DNA from: a virus | Lineage: Duplodnaviria; Caudoviricetes | Strand: one strand, 5' to 3' | DNA length: 54,678 bases | Virus record (IMG/VR): IMGVR_UViG_3300028283_000235 | Coordinates: 1 to 54,678 of that record | Shown here: positions 18,855-28,476 of the stretch, one piece after another | How the letters are laid out: each line of letters opens with the position of its first letter | Position numbering within the stretch: the stretch's first letter is position 1 | Translations under genes and position numbers: made by a program | Notes under the pieces: model-generated | Told to the model about the DNA's origin: nothing | The model's database searches: none | The model's input: only the letters and a program-made list of their open reading frames with translations

Positions 18855-20069
18855 TTAAAAATTATTTTTGAGTATGTACTTACCTGTCTCGTCTTTTTCA
18901 GTATGTTCTTTTAAACATATCATTCCATCAACTTTTACAAACTCGTGTTCGGGTGTCACGTAACATTCCTCCCCCATATAATCCAATAGAACCGCGTCAG
19001 TATAATGTACGTAAACTTGATCTATATCTGACCATCTTAAATTTCCTTCGTGTACTATTCTACCAAGATAATCAATTTTAAATGTTTCGCCATCGTCTTG
19101 ATAAAAACCACCACTAGCTAAAACTAAACTGTAATATTTTTTATTGTGAAATTTTTTCACATCACTAGTTAGTGTTCCGTCCTTTGGATTATAGAATTGT
19201 AACGTATCTACGTAGGGGTAGTAATCATATTCTTTTGGTTTTAAATTTACAGTCATTACTAATTTTTCACTCTTTCCATTCACTATAACAGGAATAACAC
19301 TTCCTCCATATATTTGTTTACTCTTATAAATCCAATTGTTTTTAATAGCGTAATCTATAAAAAGTTTTATTTGCCAATCAAATGTTGTATAAATCCTATC
19401 CATAAATATTTTACCAACAGGTTCATCCAAATACCATACATTTGCTCTACCATATATTCTACCTGTCGGATCTTTAAGTATCAACATATTCATTTTTTCT
19501 GGATTATCCTCATATATACCAAAGAATACATTTCTATCAGATTGTCTCATACAAGATCTTTGAAGTTGACCGTTTGATTCTTTACTATAATTCGATCCCA
19601 GATAATATCTTGTTACATCTTTTCCTTTAACTAACTCAAATTGATCTACTTTGTCAGAAGCTAAAGCAGCCTTATAATTTTTTACAAATTCCTCTATCTC
19701 TTTCTGACCAAATTTATTACCAAATATTCTAGCAATAAATCTAGATAATTTTTGCTCTTGTCTATTACTAATCCAACATAAATTCTCACCCTCTTTACGC
19801 TTTTTTATTGATGTGTATTTATCAAGTATAGGTTTAGCCTTATTTGATGTTATGTAAGAAATAGTATCATCTTTATCGGTGAGATCTATAAAAGATACGT
19901 CAAACTTATTTTTATTACCCTCAGCATTTTTTATTTCTGTTGCTATTTTATCCCCTTTTAATACCATATTATATAAAAGTAAATTAAATCTATTAGAGAT
20001 AATTAACTCTACGAAATTTTCTTCACTCTTAGCTTCATTCATGTAAGATTTGAAATCAAATAATAGCAT
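18855..20069 (-). CDS. Uncharacterised SCM-family protein 2
   Basis: GQLQRSCMR, GRANVW, FMDRIY, YAIKNNW, YPYVDTL. Confidence 0.8.
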   Translation of the reverse strand: MLLFDFKSYMNEAKSEENFVELIISNRFNLLLYNMVLKGDKIATEIKNAEGNKNKFDVSFIDLTDKDDTISYITSNKAKPILDKYTSIKKRKEGENLCWISNRQEQKLSRFIARIFGNKFGQKEIEEFVKNYKAALASDKVDQFELVKGKDVTRYYLGSNYSKESNGQLQRSCMRQSDRNVFFGIYEDNPEKMNMLILKDPTGRIYGRANVWYLDEPVGKIFMDRIYTTFDWQIKLFIDYAIKNNWIYKSKQIYGGSVIPVIVNGKSEKLVMTVNLKPKEYDYYPYVDTLQFYNPKDGTLTSDVKKFHNKKYYSLVLASGGFYQDDGETFKIDYLGRIVHEGNLRWSDIDQVYVHYTDAVLLDYMGEECYVTPEHEFVKVDGMICLKEHTEKDETGKYILKNNF

Positions 20070-20103
20070 TTAATGTTTTTATTTTTTCTTCTATATATAA
20101 ATT

Positions 20104-21123
20104 TTAAAAATCGAAATCTTTCCTTAACTCATAACCACCTGTGTGATCACACAAATCATAATATTCCTCGCAACCAATACTCTTCAAATATTTCGGATCA
20201 TTAGTAAGTGAAGCACTGTTTGGATCGTAAAATCCAAGATTATCAACAAATGGAAAATACTCAATGTCCTCTTTTCTTACTTTTACAACCATAGTGGCCT
20301 TAATCACTTTATTATTTGATACTACATTCAATATGTTATCCATACTCTCAAGTTTATATAACCAATTATGTTTAATCGCGTAATTTATAAACATGTTGAG
20401 TATAAAGTCGTTGGAAAAATACACTCTATCCATAAACACTTTACCTGATGGTCTATCTAGGTTCCAAAGTAATGCTCTACCTAAAATTTTCTGTCTGTCC
20501 TCGTCTAATAGAATTAGTAATCTAACTTTATCTGGATTATGAGTATATAGATCAAGAAATATTTGGCAGAACCTATGTCTCATACAAGAGTCTTTAAGGT
20601 TTCCACCACCTTCCGCGTAACTATCGTGTAGGTACCATTTTTTTATATCATCCCCTTTTACTATTTTAAAATTTCTATTTAATTTTTTAGCTTTAATTAT
20701 TGATTTATATTCATTTACAAAACTTTCAATCTCTGGTCCTTGAACTTTTTCACCTAATAATCTGAATACTAATCTACCTATTCTTATTTCGATTCTTTGA
20801 TTGTTAGACCAACATTCTCCTTCAATGTCAGCAACTTTATCCTCTATCATTTTATTGACTTTATCGGAAGTTATGTACGATACCATATCTTCCTTATCAG
20901 TTCTATCTATAAAAGATTCTTTAACTTTAAATTCTGTAGCTGATAACTTTAATAGTTCGTTTGATACATTATCATTTATTCTTTTTAAAATTTTAACAAA
21001 CCTTTTGGACAATATTAAAGGATATAAATCTGGATTTGAGATATTATCTTTATCAATGCTCATTTTAAATTGTTCATTTGTTCGTATATATTTTATTTTG
21101 AATTTGGTTTTACGAACCTCCAA
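20104..21123 (-). CDS. Uncharacterised SCM-family protein 3
   Basis: GNLKDSCMR, GRALLW, FMDRVY, YAIKHNW, FPFVDNL. Confidence 0.8.
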   Translation of the reverse strand: MEVRKTKFKIKYIRTNEQFKMSIDKDNISNPDLYPLILSKRFVKILKRINDNVSNELLKLSATEFKVKESFIDRTDKEDMVSYITSDKVNKMIEDKVADIEGECWSNNQRIEIRIGRLVFRLLGEKVQGPEIESFVNEYKSIIKAKKLNRNFKIVKGDDIKKWYLHDSYAEGGGNLKDSCMRHRFCQIFLDLYTHNPDKVRLLILLDEDRQKILGRALLWNLDRPSGKVFMDRVYFSNDFILNMFINYAIKHNWLYKLESMDNILNVVSNNKVIKATMVVKVRKEDIEYFPFVDNLGFYDPNSASLTNDPKYLKSIGCEEYYDLCDHTGGYELRKDFDF

Positions 21124-22555
21124 AAATTGCTCTCCTTTTCTTTTTCTTTGGCTCTGGTTTATTTTCTTTTATTCCCATCATTTCTCTTACGTAGAGAGAA
21201 CTTTTCATAAGTTCATCAAGTTCCTTTCTTTCCATTTCATTCTGCTCTGAAATCTTTTTCTCATCGTATTCATCTTTGAAATAATATTCTCCGTCTACAC
21301 CTTTCACCAAAAGATCCATGATGTAGTAATTACCTTTACAACGTTCGTAAGTCTTACCCCTATCACTTCTGAAAAAATTATCGTAATATTTCTTGTCTTT
21401 AGTTACGTAAACTCTATGAATATCAGACTCCATTAAAAATGAACCAACAACTTTAGAGTAAGCACTAGACTGCGAATTTAAAAATCTTTTATGATATACA
21501 GAATACCTTAATTCAGTTGGATAAACATATTCATCAAATTCTTTAATAAAGAAAGCGTTATTCTTATGAGTGTAACCGTCACCGTAAAAACAGAAATGAG
21601 AATCTTCAACATTGATGAATTCTCCATTAAGAGCGTCAAAGACAAAGTTTTCGTTACCGGAATCTTGTCCGTTGATTTCTCTTAACTTAATCATATCTGG
21701 AATAGTATTATATTCCTCCTCAATGTTAGTCAAGTACTTATCTTTCTTATTGAAAAATAAAAGGGTGTCGATGTAAGGGAAGTATCTGTAATCACCCCTC
21801 ACATGAACTCTCATATCAATACACACATCATCACCAGCTTTCACAACTTTCACTGCATCAAATGTTTGCGCGCTTTTATAGAGCCAACCATTTTTCTCTG
21901 CGTGTTTTTTGAAAAGGATGGCGTCTGAATCTTCTTTAACGTAGATTCTATCTAGTAACCAGGTATCGGCTGGTTCGTCTAATTTCCAAAGAAGAGCTCT
22001 ACCACCGATAATATCTTTACTACCCTCAAAGAGGACTAGCATTTTAATTTTATCTGAATTTTTGATATAAAGATCCATCCACTCTGCACATTGATCGTGC
22101 CTCATACAGGATTTGTTGAGTGAGCCGTTACCACGAGCGTATCTTTTACCGTTATAGAATTTTATAATATCGTTTCCTTCGATAACTTTGAATTTAATAT
22201 TCTTTAAAGCGTTTTTATATTCAGCTTTAAAAGCGTTAACCCATTTCTCAATCTCGAAAGGTTTAAAGAAAGGGGCTATTTTGTTGATTAATCTACCAAC
22301 TCTGATTTCATTACGTGAGTTACACGACCAAGCTATATCACCGTTACCTCTTTCTTTTGGAAGTTCGTTGTATTTATTAGCTTGTAAAAATGATATAGTG
22401 CTTTCATCCTCAGTTATATCTAAAAAACTGAATTGGAAAGTATAGTCATTATTTTCTTCTAACGACATAATAAATTTAGAAACACCGTCGTTTATTTTGT
22501 ACAAGATGTCTCTAAGCCGTGAAGATAGAATTATCGGCATGTAAGTATTTTCCAT
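21110..22555 (-). CDS. Uncharacterised SCM-family protein 4
   Basis: GSLNKSCMR, GRALLW, LLDRIY, HAEKNGW, FPYIDTL. Confidence 0.8.
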   Translation of the reverse strand: MENTYMPIILSSRLRDILYKINDGVSKFIMSLEENNDYTFQFSFLDITEDESTISFLQANKYNELPKERGNGDIAWSCNSRNEIRVGRLINKIAPFFKPFEIEKWVNAFKAEYKNALKNIKFKVIEGNDIIKFYNGKRYARGNGSLNKSCMRHDQCAEWMDLYIKNSDKIKMLVLFEGSKDIIGGRALLWKLDEPADTWLLDRIYVKEDSDAILFKKHAEKNGWLYKSAQTFDAVKVVKAGDDVCIDMRVHVRGDYRYFPYIDTLLFFNKKDKYLTNIEEEYNTIPDMIKLREINGQDSGNENFVFDALNGEFINVEDSHFCFYGDGYTHKNNAFFIKEFDEYVYPTELRYSVYHKRFLNSQSSAYSKVVGSFLMESDIHRVYVTKDKKYYDNFFRSDRGKTYERCKGNYYIMDLLVKGVDGEYYFKDEYDEKKISEQNEMERKELDELMKSSLYVREMMGIKENKPEPKKKKRRAIFGGS

Positions 22556-22654
22556 AAATGAAATTTAAATTTTAATATATAATCCAAAAAAGAACACTTT
22601 TTTAAATTGTTTTACAAAATTAACAAATATTTTTAATAATACAAAATTATTTCT

Positions 22655-22662
22655 TACTTTTG
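22655..22662 (+). promoter_or_regulatory. Bacteroidota-type -7 promoter box
   Basis: TACTTTTG 26 nt upstream of the ATG at 22689. Confidence 0.55.
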
Positions 22663-22688
22663 TAAAAATAAAAGAATTAAAAAGATAT

Positions 22689-23831
22689 ATGGACATTAAG
22701 GCTAAATTCTTAGAATTAACAACTAAAACATATCCAATGGGAACAGAGAAAGCAGTGTACAACTTTCTCCCAGATGATTTTATCAAAGATAAGTACGATA
22801 ATCTGTATTGGATCATAGGTAAATCAGATACCTTATTCTGCGCCCACCTAGACACCATCGATCGCACAGATAAATCCCAAGACGTAGTACACGTTATGGA
22901 AGGGGACATGGTAAAGACAGACGGTAAAACAACACTAGGTGCTGACGATAAAGCTGGTGTGGCGATCATGTTATATATGATTGAAAAACAAATACCTGGT
23001 TTTTATTTATTTACAGTAGGTGAAGAAAAAGGTTGTGTTGGTTCATCTAAGTTGTCTGCTGCTTTGCAAACAAAAATGGACGATAAATACAAAGGTATTA
23101 AAAAAATAGTTGCCTTCGACCGTTCGGGATATGATTCTATTATTACACACCAGATGGAGCAAAGATGTTGCTCAGATGAATTTGCTATAGCTTTAATTGC
23201 TGAATTAGGTAAAGCTGGGTTAAAATATCAAATTGATACTGGTGGTTATTATTGTGATTCAGCAGAATTTGCAGATATTGTTTCAGAATGTACAAATATA
23301 TCTGTTGGATATTTTGATCAACACGCTAATATAGAAAGACAAGATCTAGCTTTTCTTGAAAGATTGGCAGAGGCATGTTGCCAAGTCAACTGGAACAAAT
23401 TACCAGCAAAGAGAGATCCAAAAAAAGTAGAATATATTGATAGTTATTATTTTAGTAAAAAGAAGAGAGTAAGAGAAGGTGAAGAAGAAACTGAATTTGA
23501 TGATTATGATTTTCATCCATTCGCTGTTGAAGATAATAAAGACGTAGAAGTATTCTATTTTGAAGATAAAAAATTTAATTATATATCTGATATATCATAT
23601 CTTAATGGGCAAATTATTGATGTTACATTAAGTCAAAAAAGAGTAGAATACGAACTTGAAATTATAACAACTGCGATGGAGGCTAATCAAGTTGCTTACG
23701 ATTATTGTGTCTGGGACGGGTTGATTTTAACTATTGAACTTGATAAACACGAAACTAAATTAACAAGAAACGATCTTTTAGAATATTGTCCCGAACTTGA
23801 TATAGATGCAATAAAAAAACAAAAAAAGTAA
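22689..23831 (+). CDS. M28/M20-clan Zn peptidase, paralogue of 17400-18821
   Basis: AHLDT, LGADDKAG, GEEKGCVGS, FDRS, RCCSDEF, ECTNISVGYFDQH. Confidence 0.85.
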   Translation: MDIKAKFLELTTKTYPMGTEKAVYNFLPDDFIKDKYDNLYWIIGKSDTLFCAHLDTIDRTDKSQDVVHVMEGDMVKTDGKTTLGADDKAGVAIMLYMIEKQIPGFYLFTVGEEKGCVGSSKLSAALQTKMDDKYKGIKKIVAFDRSGYDSIITHQMEQRCCSDEFAIALIAELGKAGLKYQIDTGGYYCDSAEFADIVSECTNISVGYFDQHANIERQDLAFLERLAEACCQVNWNKLPAKRDPKKVEYIDSYYFSKKKRVREGEEETEFDDYDFHPFAVEDNKDVEVFYFEDKKFNYISDISYLNGQIIDVTLSQKRVEYELEIITTAMEANQVAYDYCVWDGLILTIELDKHETKLTRNDLLEYCPELDIDAIKKQKK

Positions 23832-23877
23832 AACAAGCCTGACCTTCTTTAATATATAAAAGAAAAAAGAGAACGTC

Positions 23878-24339
23878 ATGCTTGTACACCAATTAACAAA
23901 CGCAAAGAGGGCATTAGATAATGTATCTAATTATCAAGGTTTAGAATTCGCCTACGCTGTTTTCAAAAACAAACAACTTATAGATAATAAATTAATGGAA
24001 GTAGATTTCATTAAAAACGTATCACCCGAAGTCATTGAATACGAAGAAAAAAGAGTAAAACTTTGCGAAGAATACGCAAATAAAGACGATAAAGGGATGC
24101 CAATAATCGAAAACGATCTTTATATCATAACAGATAAAGATACATTCAAAGCAAAAATGGACGCCTTATTAACACAATATAAACCATTTGTGGAAGAAAG
24201 ACAAAAACAAATAGAACTATTTAACGATAAAATGAACAACACTGTTGATTTTCAATTCGTTAAGATTAAAAAGGAACAAATTCCACCACAAGTTCAAACA
24301 GCTAGGGAATTAGAGGAAATATCATTTATGATAGAATAA
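23878..24339 (+). CDS. Hypothetical protein
   Basis: 153-aa ORF preceded by TAATATATA and followed by a terminator. Confidence 0.7.
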   Translation: MLVHQLTNAKRALDNVSNYQGLEFAYAVFKNKQLIDNKLMEVDFIKNVSPEVIEYEEKRVKLCEEYANKDDKGMPIIENDLYIITDKDTFKAKMDALLTQYKPFVEERQKQIELFNDKMNNTVDFQFVKIKKEQIPPQVQTARELEEISFMIE

Positions 24340-24361
24340 TTGTTACCAGGATGAAGACAAG

Positions 24362-24388
24362 AAAAAACCAGTCAAATGACTGGTTTTT
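24362..24388. terminator. Bidirectional intrinsic terminator
   Basis: aaaaaccagtca-aa-tgactggttttt between convergent genes. Confidence 0.85.
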
Positions 24389-24391
24389 CTT

Positions 24392-24649
24392 TTATATAGA
24401 AGGTGGTTTAAAACCAGTTAGTGATAATAGATAAGAAAGTAAAAAAACTTGTGAGAAAAGAGATATCATTACTATAACAGTAATAATATTTTCACTTTTT
24501 TTATCCATATTTGAATTAGGTAGTACCTTATCCAATATTTCAGTGCATTTTGGTATAAATGTTGATAATACTGCTAATACCACGCCAACTAACAATCCAG
24601 GCACAGAGAAACAAGCGATTGCGGTTAAAATTTCTTTCTGATTAAGCAT
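24392..24649 (-). CDS. Small two-TM membrane protein
   Basis: Two hydrophobic stretches. Confidence 0.55.
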   Translation of the reverse strand: MLNQKEILTAIACFSVPGLLVGVVLAVLSTFIPKCTEILDKVLPNSNMDKKSENIITVIVMISLFSQVFLLSYLLSLTGFKPPSI

Positions 24650-24660
24650 ATCTTTTAAAT

Positions 24661-24942
24661 TTAGTTCATATTTAACTCTCTCAATAACTTATTTACAAAA
24701 TCTACTGCTTTCATAGTCTCTACATTTACCTTAGCTTCATATTCAGCTTTCTGAACAGCGTGTAGCAAATCTGGATAAATCAACGTTCTGGTAGCTAACT
24801 GAACTTCATCGGCCAAAAGTTTTTCATTATCAGTATAAAGAGCAGCAATCACAGAATATAGAATGGCAGCAACCTGAATGTTGTCCTTCTCACATTTGAA
24901 TGCCAACTTATCCAATTTATCAATCAATTTATCTCTATTCAT
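24661..24942 (-). CDS. Hypothetical protein
   Basis: TGATG overlap with the upstream gene. Confidence 0.6.
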   Translation of the reverse strand: MNRDKLIDKLDKLAFKCEKDNIQVAAILYSVIAALYTDNEKLLADEVQLATRTLIYPDLLHAVQKAEYEAKVNVETMKAVDFVNKLLRELNMN

Positions 24943-25577
24943 CAGTGAGTATAGTTTTTAGTTGGTTTACGGCATTTACACATAGAACGAGTGTTGTTCT
25001 TTTCAGTTACACCTGGCTCAAGACCAGCATCTTTTCTTTTAAGAACAAGACCCTCAAGCATATCAATTGTAACAAATTTATCCCAAAGTTTACCAAATCC
25101 TTTGTAAAAAGTCTTGGTAAGGAAAATATTATCACTAAGTTTGAATGAGTAGTCGTTTTCTTCTGAAATTTTATTTCTGAATAATTCTACCAGTAAATCC
25201 ATTCTTTCCTGAAAGGTTGCACCAATGAGGTGGTCGTTACTGATAACGAGAATATCAAAAATCATAAATTTGTTGTTGAACACTTTACCTAATTCGTTCT
25301 TTTTAGAAGTGTTCATATATTCACCCACAATAAGATGAGTACCAGGTAAATGACCAATGAGTCCACCCATTTCATCTTTTGTGATTTTAAATTCTGTAAG
25401 ATCTCTGTGTCTATTGTAGATTTTCCAAACATCTTCCCCGTAATATACTTCTGTGCATTTCCCGTTGAATTTGGGTTGTGCCATATAAACGCCGTTATCG
25501 AAGGTGTCCATCCCTGTACGGGGAAAACATTTTTCGGGGCGAGGTGGAAAAATATATTTTGAAGGTTTGTAAATCAT
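24942..25577 (-). CDS. ATP-dependent ligase nucleotidyltransferase core, no OB domain
   Basis: QPKFNG (I), GEYM (III), FMIFDIL (IIIa), EGLVLK (IV), KCR (V); start set at ATG 25577, downstream of a terminator. Confidence 0.8.
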   Translation of the reverse strand: MIYKPSKYIFPPRPEKCFPRTGMDTFDNGVYMAQPKFNGKCTEVYYGEDVWKIYNRHRDLTEFKITKDEMGGLIGHLPGTHLIVGEYMNTSKKNELGKVFNNKFMIFDILVISNDHLIGATFQERMDLLVELFRNKISEENDYSFKLSDNIFLTKTFYKGFGKLWDKFVTIDMLEGLVLKRKDAGLEPGVTEKNNTRSMCKCRKPTKNYTH

Positions 25578-25590
25578 TTTTTGGAAAATT

Positions 25591-25630
25591 AAAAGGGGTG
25601 AGTGGTAATCTCTTACCACTCAGTGCCCTT
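25591..25630 (-). terminator. Intrinsic terminator
   Basis: tgagtggtaa-gaga-ttaccactca hairpin followed by a T-run on the minus strand. Confidence 0.7.
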
Positions 25631-25641
25631 GATTCAAAAAA

Positions 25642-26262
25642 TTAACCCTGTACTTTTGCGCCTTTCATTGCGAAGATAGGCTGGATGTCTCTGATGAAGT
25701 CAGCTACTTTTCCCTTACCCCAGGTGAAGGCTTTTTCGATTGAACCTTTGCTTACTGAGTAAGCTACTTTAGCCTGGATGAGTTCACCTTTGTCGTCGTC
25801 TGCGATATCAGGGCAGTGCTCAATCAAATCAGAAAGAACTTCACCGTATTTATCAATCAGAGCGGCGTTGAGAACGAATTCGGTTTTTTCGGTTACAACA
25901 TCGTCACCGTAAGCGTCTTTGAGTTCGTTGAAACGGTTCTCATCACATTTGATGTATTTATCCATAGGGACAAACATAATCGAAGACTGTGAATCTGAGG
26001 AGAGAATGAAAGAACCAGGATACCCACCAGTTTTAGCGTAAACGTCATTGAAAGTTTTCACACCAATTTCTTTCACAATGCCCTTTGCCATTTCGAGTTC
26101 AGCTGTGAGCTGATCAATCTGAGCCTCGAGCTGAGCCATTTTGGTAAGATTCTGATCAAATTCTGCACCATTTACGGTCACATTCAATTTATCATTTTTC
26201 TTTTCGGCTTTTGCAGCTCCTTTTTCTTTAGCTTTTGCGAAGAGATTTCCTTTGGTTGCCAT
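25642..26262 (-). CDS. Hypothetical protein, probably early and highly expressed
   Basis: Own TATCTTTG promoter box and terminator; visibly higher GC than neighbours. Confidence 0.75.
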   Translation of the reverse strand: MATKGNLFAKAKEKGAAKAEKKNDKLNVTVNGAEFDQNLTKMAQLEAQIDQLTAELEMAKGIVKEIGVKTFNDVYAKTGGYPGSFILSSDSQSSIMFVPMDKYIKCDENRFNELKDAYGDDVVTEKTEFVLNAALIDKYGEVLSDLIEHCPDIADDDKGELIQAKVAYSVSKGSIEKAFTWGKGKVADFIRDIQPIFAMKGAKVQG

Positions 26263-26323
26263 TTTGTTTGGTTTTTAAAAGGGTTTATATTTTTTGAATA
26301 GTTTTTGTCTTAATTTGATAACA

Positions 26324-26331
26324 CAAAGATA
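26324..26331 (-). promoter_or_regulatory. Bacteroidota-type -7 promoter box
   Basis: cgTATCTTTGtgttatcaaa; the same downstream context occurs at 40390-40397. Confidence 0.7.
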
Positions 26332-26424
26332 CGCCAATGGCTGGACATAAAAAAATTACACCAAACATTTTTTAGCAGGCAAATCAATGAGTTACAAAAT
26401 ATTTTTATATTTTGTGTTTCTTTT

Positions 26425-26832
26425 TTAGTCAAATTTTGGTTCTTCGTAGACTACTTTAGCTTTGGCGTCTTGTTTTATACCGTTTTTAAAATAGTATCTA
26501 TCAGTTCCTCCCTCTTCCCACTCTACGTCTAACTGAAACATAAGAGTTGGATATTTCTTTGAAAATTTCTGAATATCATCAGGTACATCGTACCCACTAC
26601 CACATTCTCTACCTTTACCTGTATCTTCTAAAACAAAAGAACAATCATCACTTAATTTCCTGAGTTCACCTATGATCTCTTTCTTATCTACTGGCGCTTG
26701 AATTATATCCAATGGTGTTCCGCAATCTGGGCAGAACTTACCAGCTATCTGGATTTTACATGTTGGGCAAAATGTTACTGGTTTTGTAACTTCACCCTGA
26801 ATCTTTAAACTAAAATAATTATCGTATCCCAT
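26425..26832 (-). CDS. Hypothetical protein with Zn ribbon
   Basis: CPTC...FCPDCG. Confidence 0.65.
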   Translation of the reverse strand: MGYDNYFSLKIQGEVTKPVTFCPTCKIQIAGKFCPDCGTPLDIIQAPVDKKEIIGELRKLSDDCSFVLEDTGKGRECGSGYDVPDDIQKFSKKYPTLMFQLDVEWEEGGTDRYYFKNGIKQDAKAKVVYEEPKFD

Positions 26833-26850
26833 TTTTTAAATTTTTAATTG

Positions 26851-27333
26851 TTATTTATCCCAATCTTCTTCCCCGTAAGGGTCAATTTCTTTTCTTAATT
26901 TGAATATATTGATGTTTACAAATTTAAGATTATAATTATTAAATACGTGAACTATAAATATTATCATAAATACTAATAGGGCTAGTACATTAGCTATTAA
27001 AATTATACAACAAAATATAGTAACAATCTGGTATCCAGCACTAATCTTTCCCATATCTTGATTAGTCATGTTAAATGTTACTCTTTGTCCAACTTTTACA
27101 GAAAAATAAGTATCGGCTGTAACAAGAATCTCTTTAGTTTTTTCCACACTGTCGAATTTCACAATAAGCTTTTTCTGTATAGAATATACGTCATTGCCTT
27201 TATCTCTGAGTTCGTCTTGGTATCTATATTTAACTATACCACTATAATCTTTTTTACCTTCTATTTTTTCACATCTTTTACCTGTGAACATTAATACAGG
27301 CAATATGGTTACTAATAATATAGTAAACCACAT
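26851..27333 (-). CDS. Membrane protein with C-terminal DPYGEEDW motif
   Basis: Two hydrophobic segments; motif shared with two other proteins in the window. Confidence 0.65.
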   Translation of the reverse strand: MWFTILLVTILPVLMFTGKRCEKIEGKKDYSGIVKYRYQDELRDKGNDVYSIQKKLIVKFDSVEKTKEILVTADTYFSVKVGQRVTFNMTNQDMGKISAGYQIVTIFCCIILIANVLALLVFMIIFIVHVFNNYNLKFVNINIFKLRKEIDPYGEEDWDK

Positions 27334-27387
27334 TTTATTAATCTGGGAATTTACTTCCTATATGTTTTATTACTATTTTGTACATAA

Positions 27388-27759
27388 TTAATTAAAATTA
27401 CTAAATACAAACAACTTAGGATCGTATTGAAATTCTCTATCTAGCATATCCATAACAGTATAACCACCAAAGAGTTCAACAAATTTCTCTTTAACTTTAT
27501 CAAAATCCATATCATCGTAGGTGATTTCTTTGAATTCAAACCCTGTATCTTCGTAAGCTCTAGCTAGAACTTTACCAAACACAGCGTAGTCACCACACAT
27601 TTGATCAATAATGATACCAAATTCACAACCCTTTCTCCCTTCAATGTATGGTAAAAATGTATCATCGTGCCAATTAATTCTTTCACCAGAAATGACGTTA
27701 TTGAAATTATAAGGTAATTTATAACCTATAATTACGTAATCCGTTCTATCTACTCCCAT
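27388..27759 (-). CDS. Hypothetical protein
   Basis: Co-oriented 123-aa ORF. Confidence 0.6.
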   Translation of the reverse strand: MGVDRTDYVIIGYKLPYNFNNVISGERINWHDDTFLPYIEGRKGCEFGIIIDQMCGDYAVFGKVLARAYEDTGFEFKEITYDDMDFDKVKEKFVELFGGYTVMDMLDREFQYDPKLFVFSNFN

Positions 27760-28147
27760 TTTCTTCCTCCAATTTTCCTTTTTTATACCACCTAACTGCT
27801 ACTGTTTTTTCTTCCTTTTCTTTAATATTACTTAAAGTGACGTCTGATAAATCACCAAAAAATTCTTCCATTTCTTTTCTAGTACAAGTAGGCTTTTCGA
27901 AGTCCTCTGGTTTAGAATATTCTGGTGTTGTCCAAAATCCCATATAATCGATCCAAATAGCTTCGTCTCTATGGCAATACTTCTTATCCCATTCACACCA
28001 TACCGCGTCTTCAATTAGTAAAAGATCTCCTTTATAATCAAAAACATCTCCTCGTTGTGCTGGTTTCAAAACTACCTCAGCACAAGGATTTTCAGTTCTG
28101 GAAATTCCAGCAAACTGGTGTAAATCGTACATATCACGAAAATTCAT
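27746..28147 (-). CDS. Small protein carrying the module shared with the M28 peptidase
   Basis: DYKGDLLLIEDAVWCEWDKKYCHRDEAIWIDYMGFWTTPEY. Confidence 0.7.
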   Translation of the reverse strand: MNFRDMYDLHQFAGISRTENPCAEVVLKPAQRGDVFDYKGDLLLIEDAVWCEWDKKYCHRDEAIWIDYMGFWTTPEYSKPEDFEKPTCTRKEMEEFFGDLSDVTLSNIKEKEEKTVAVRWYKKGKLEEENGSR

Positions 28148-28476
28148 TTCATTAAAGTTTTTCTCAATGAATCCAACTCATCCCTCACCCCCACAATAAT
28201 AGATGCTAACAGTTTACAAAAAACTAAAACACAAACAATAATAGAAGCGAAGAAAGAAAATATGGCCCATCCTATTCCACCTAAAAAATAAACGCCAATA
28301 GGAATACCTACAAGTAGCAATACTGATACTATAACATATAGAACGATGTAAATAAACATATCTTGGTAAAGATCAATACCTTTAACAACAGTATTTCCAA
28401 CACCTAGTGATTTACTATCAGTCTTGTGATTTTCAAGATAACGTTTTGCTATAATTTTTGATAAAAATTTAATCAT
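28144..28476 (-). CDS. Two-TM membrane protein
   Basis: Hydrophobic hairpin. Confidence 0.6.
   Translation of the reverse strand: MIKFLSKIIAKRYLENHKTDSKSLGVGNTVVKGIDLYQDMFIYIVLYVIVSVLLLVGIPIGVYFLGGIGWAIFSFFASIIVCVLVFCKLLASIIVGVRDELDSLRKTLMK

Noticed and set aside
15919-22555. Diversity-generating retroelement behind the paralogue array
   Set aside because: No reverse transcriptase and no near-identical template/variable repeat pair; paralogues are diverged along their whole length
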